Part shown: positions 63,636 to 64,000 of the stretch, in pieces
Layout: the number at the start of each line of letters is the position of its first letter
Position numbering within the stretch: the first letter of the stretch is position 1
Assembly: GCF_038025025.1 (NCBI RefSeq)
Contig: NW_027117346.1
Span: 558,001-622,000, forward strand
Source: Phyllosticta citribraziliensis
Lineage: Eukaryota
Length of the DNA stretch: 64,000 nt
Direction of reading: 5' to 3'
Made by a program: the position numbers and the translations under genes
Notes under the pieces: generated by a model
The model's database searches: none
What the model saw: the letters and a program-made list of their open reading frames with translations, nothing else
Told to the model about the DNA's origin: nothing

Positions 63636-64000
63636 TGTGCGTGCGGCGGAGACGTGGAGGCGCGTAGCTTGCTTGGAGAGAGGCTTTTGTTGTGAGGGTC
63701 GTCTCTCGTTCGATTGGATAGGTGGTTGAGTGGTTTTGGATGCTAGCTCATGTGCTCGAGGACTTTTGTGCGGCGACGGGTGGGCGTTTGCGCAGTTGGA
63801 TTCGAGGAAGAGGCCGAGCAGTGGTGGGGGCGTAGATTGGCAATCGTGATTTTGGTAAGAGTCGCCTGTATTGAATGTACCTGTCACCAATTGAGTTTGT
63901 TCCTTGGGAAAATATGCTCGGCGACGGGAGCTCGTAGGGCTGAGCCGCGGGTGGCGCAGCCATCAAGATGCGGCTCGCCCGCAGTTCTCGACGCCACACT

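Noticed and set aside
63748..64000. Minus-strand ORF fragment at the window edge
   Set aside because: No recognisable motif; cannot distinguish the end of an upstream gene from pop8 leader sequence.

Overview
Gene-dense, GC-rich eukaryotic nuclear DNA from a filamentous ascomycete (Pezizomycotina, probably a Dothideomycete; inferred from protein style and from short GT-AG introns with CTRAC branch sites). I can model about 21 mostly intron-containing protein genes: the 3' end of an ACBP-family membrane protein, a Bli-4-like SDR, Vtc2/3, a NagA-like amidohydrolase, a Mug190-like SMP/C2 protein, tubulin cofactor B, a Myb-like factor, CENP-C/Mif2, a divergent forkhead-like protein, Scd6/Lsm14, Pex39, Adk1, Pcf11, an I9-type protease inhibitor, Hook, Rad23, two uncharacterised proteins, eIF6 and Pop8. 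I found no tRNA, rRNA, transposon or CRISPR. The most notable signals are: (1) a probable CUG-initiated Myb factor; (2) a full-length NagA homolog that has lost its metal ligands and catalytic Asp; (3) unusually long, hairpin-rich introns in TBCB, CENP-C and eIF6; (4) a CENP-C gene with a GC-AG intron, an in-frame exitron-like intron and a CENP-C motif lacking the YW pair; (5) a Vtc2/3 whose alternative last acceptor would switch a C-terminal TDEL on or off; (6) a degenerate forkhead gene behind a 780-nt AUG-free leader. Gene models and family calls were made by eye from recalled motifs; no database search or folding program was run.
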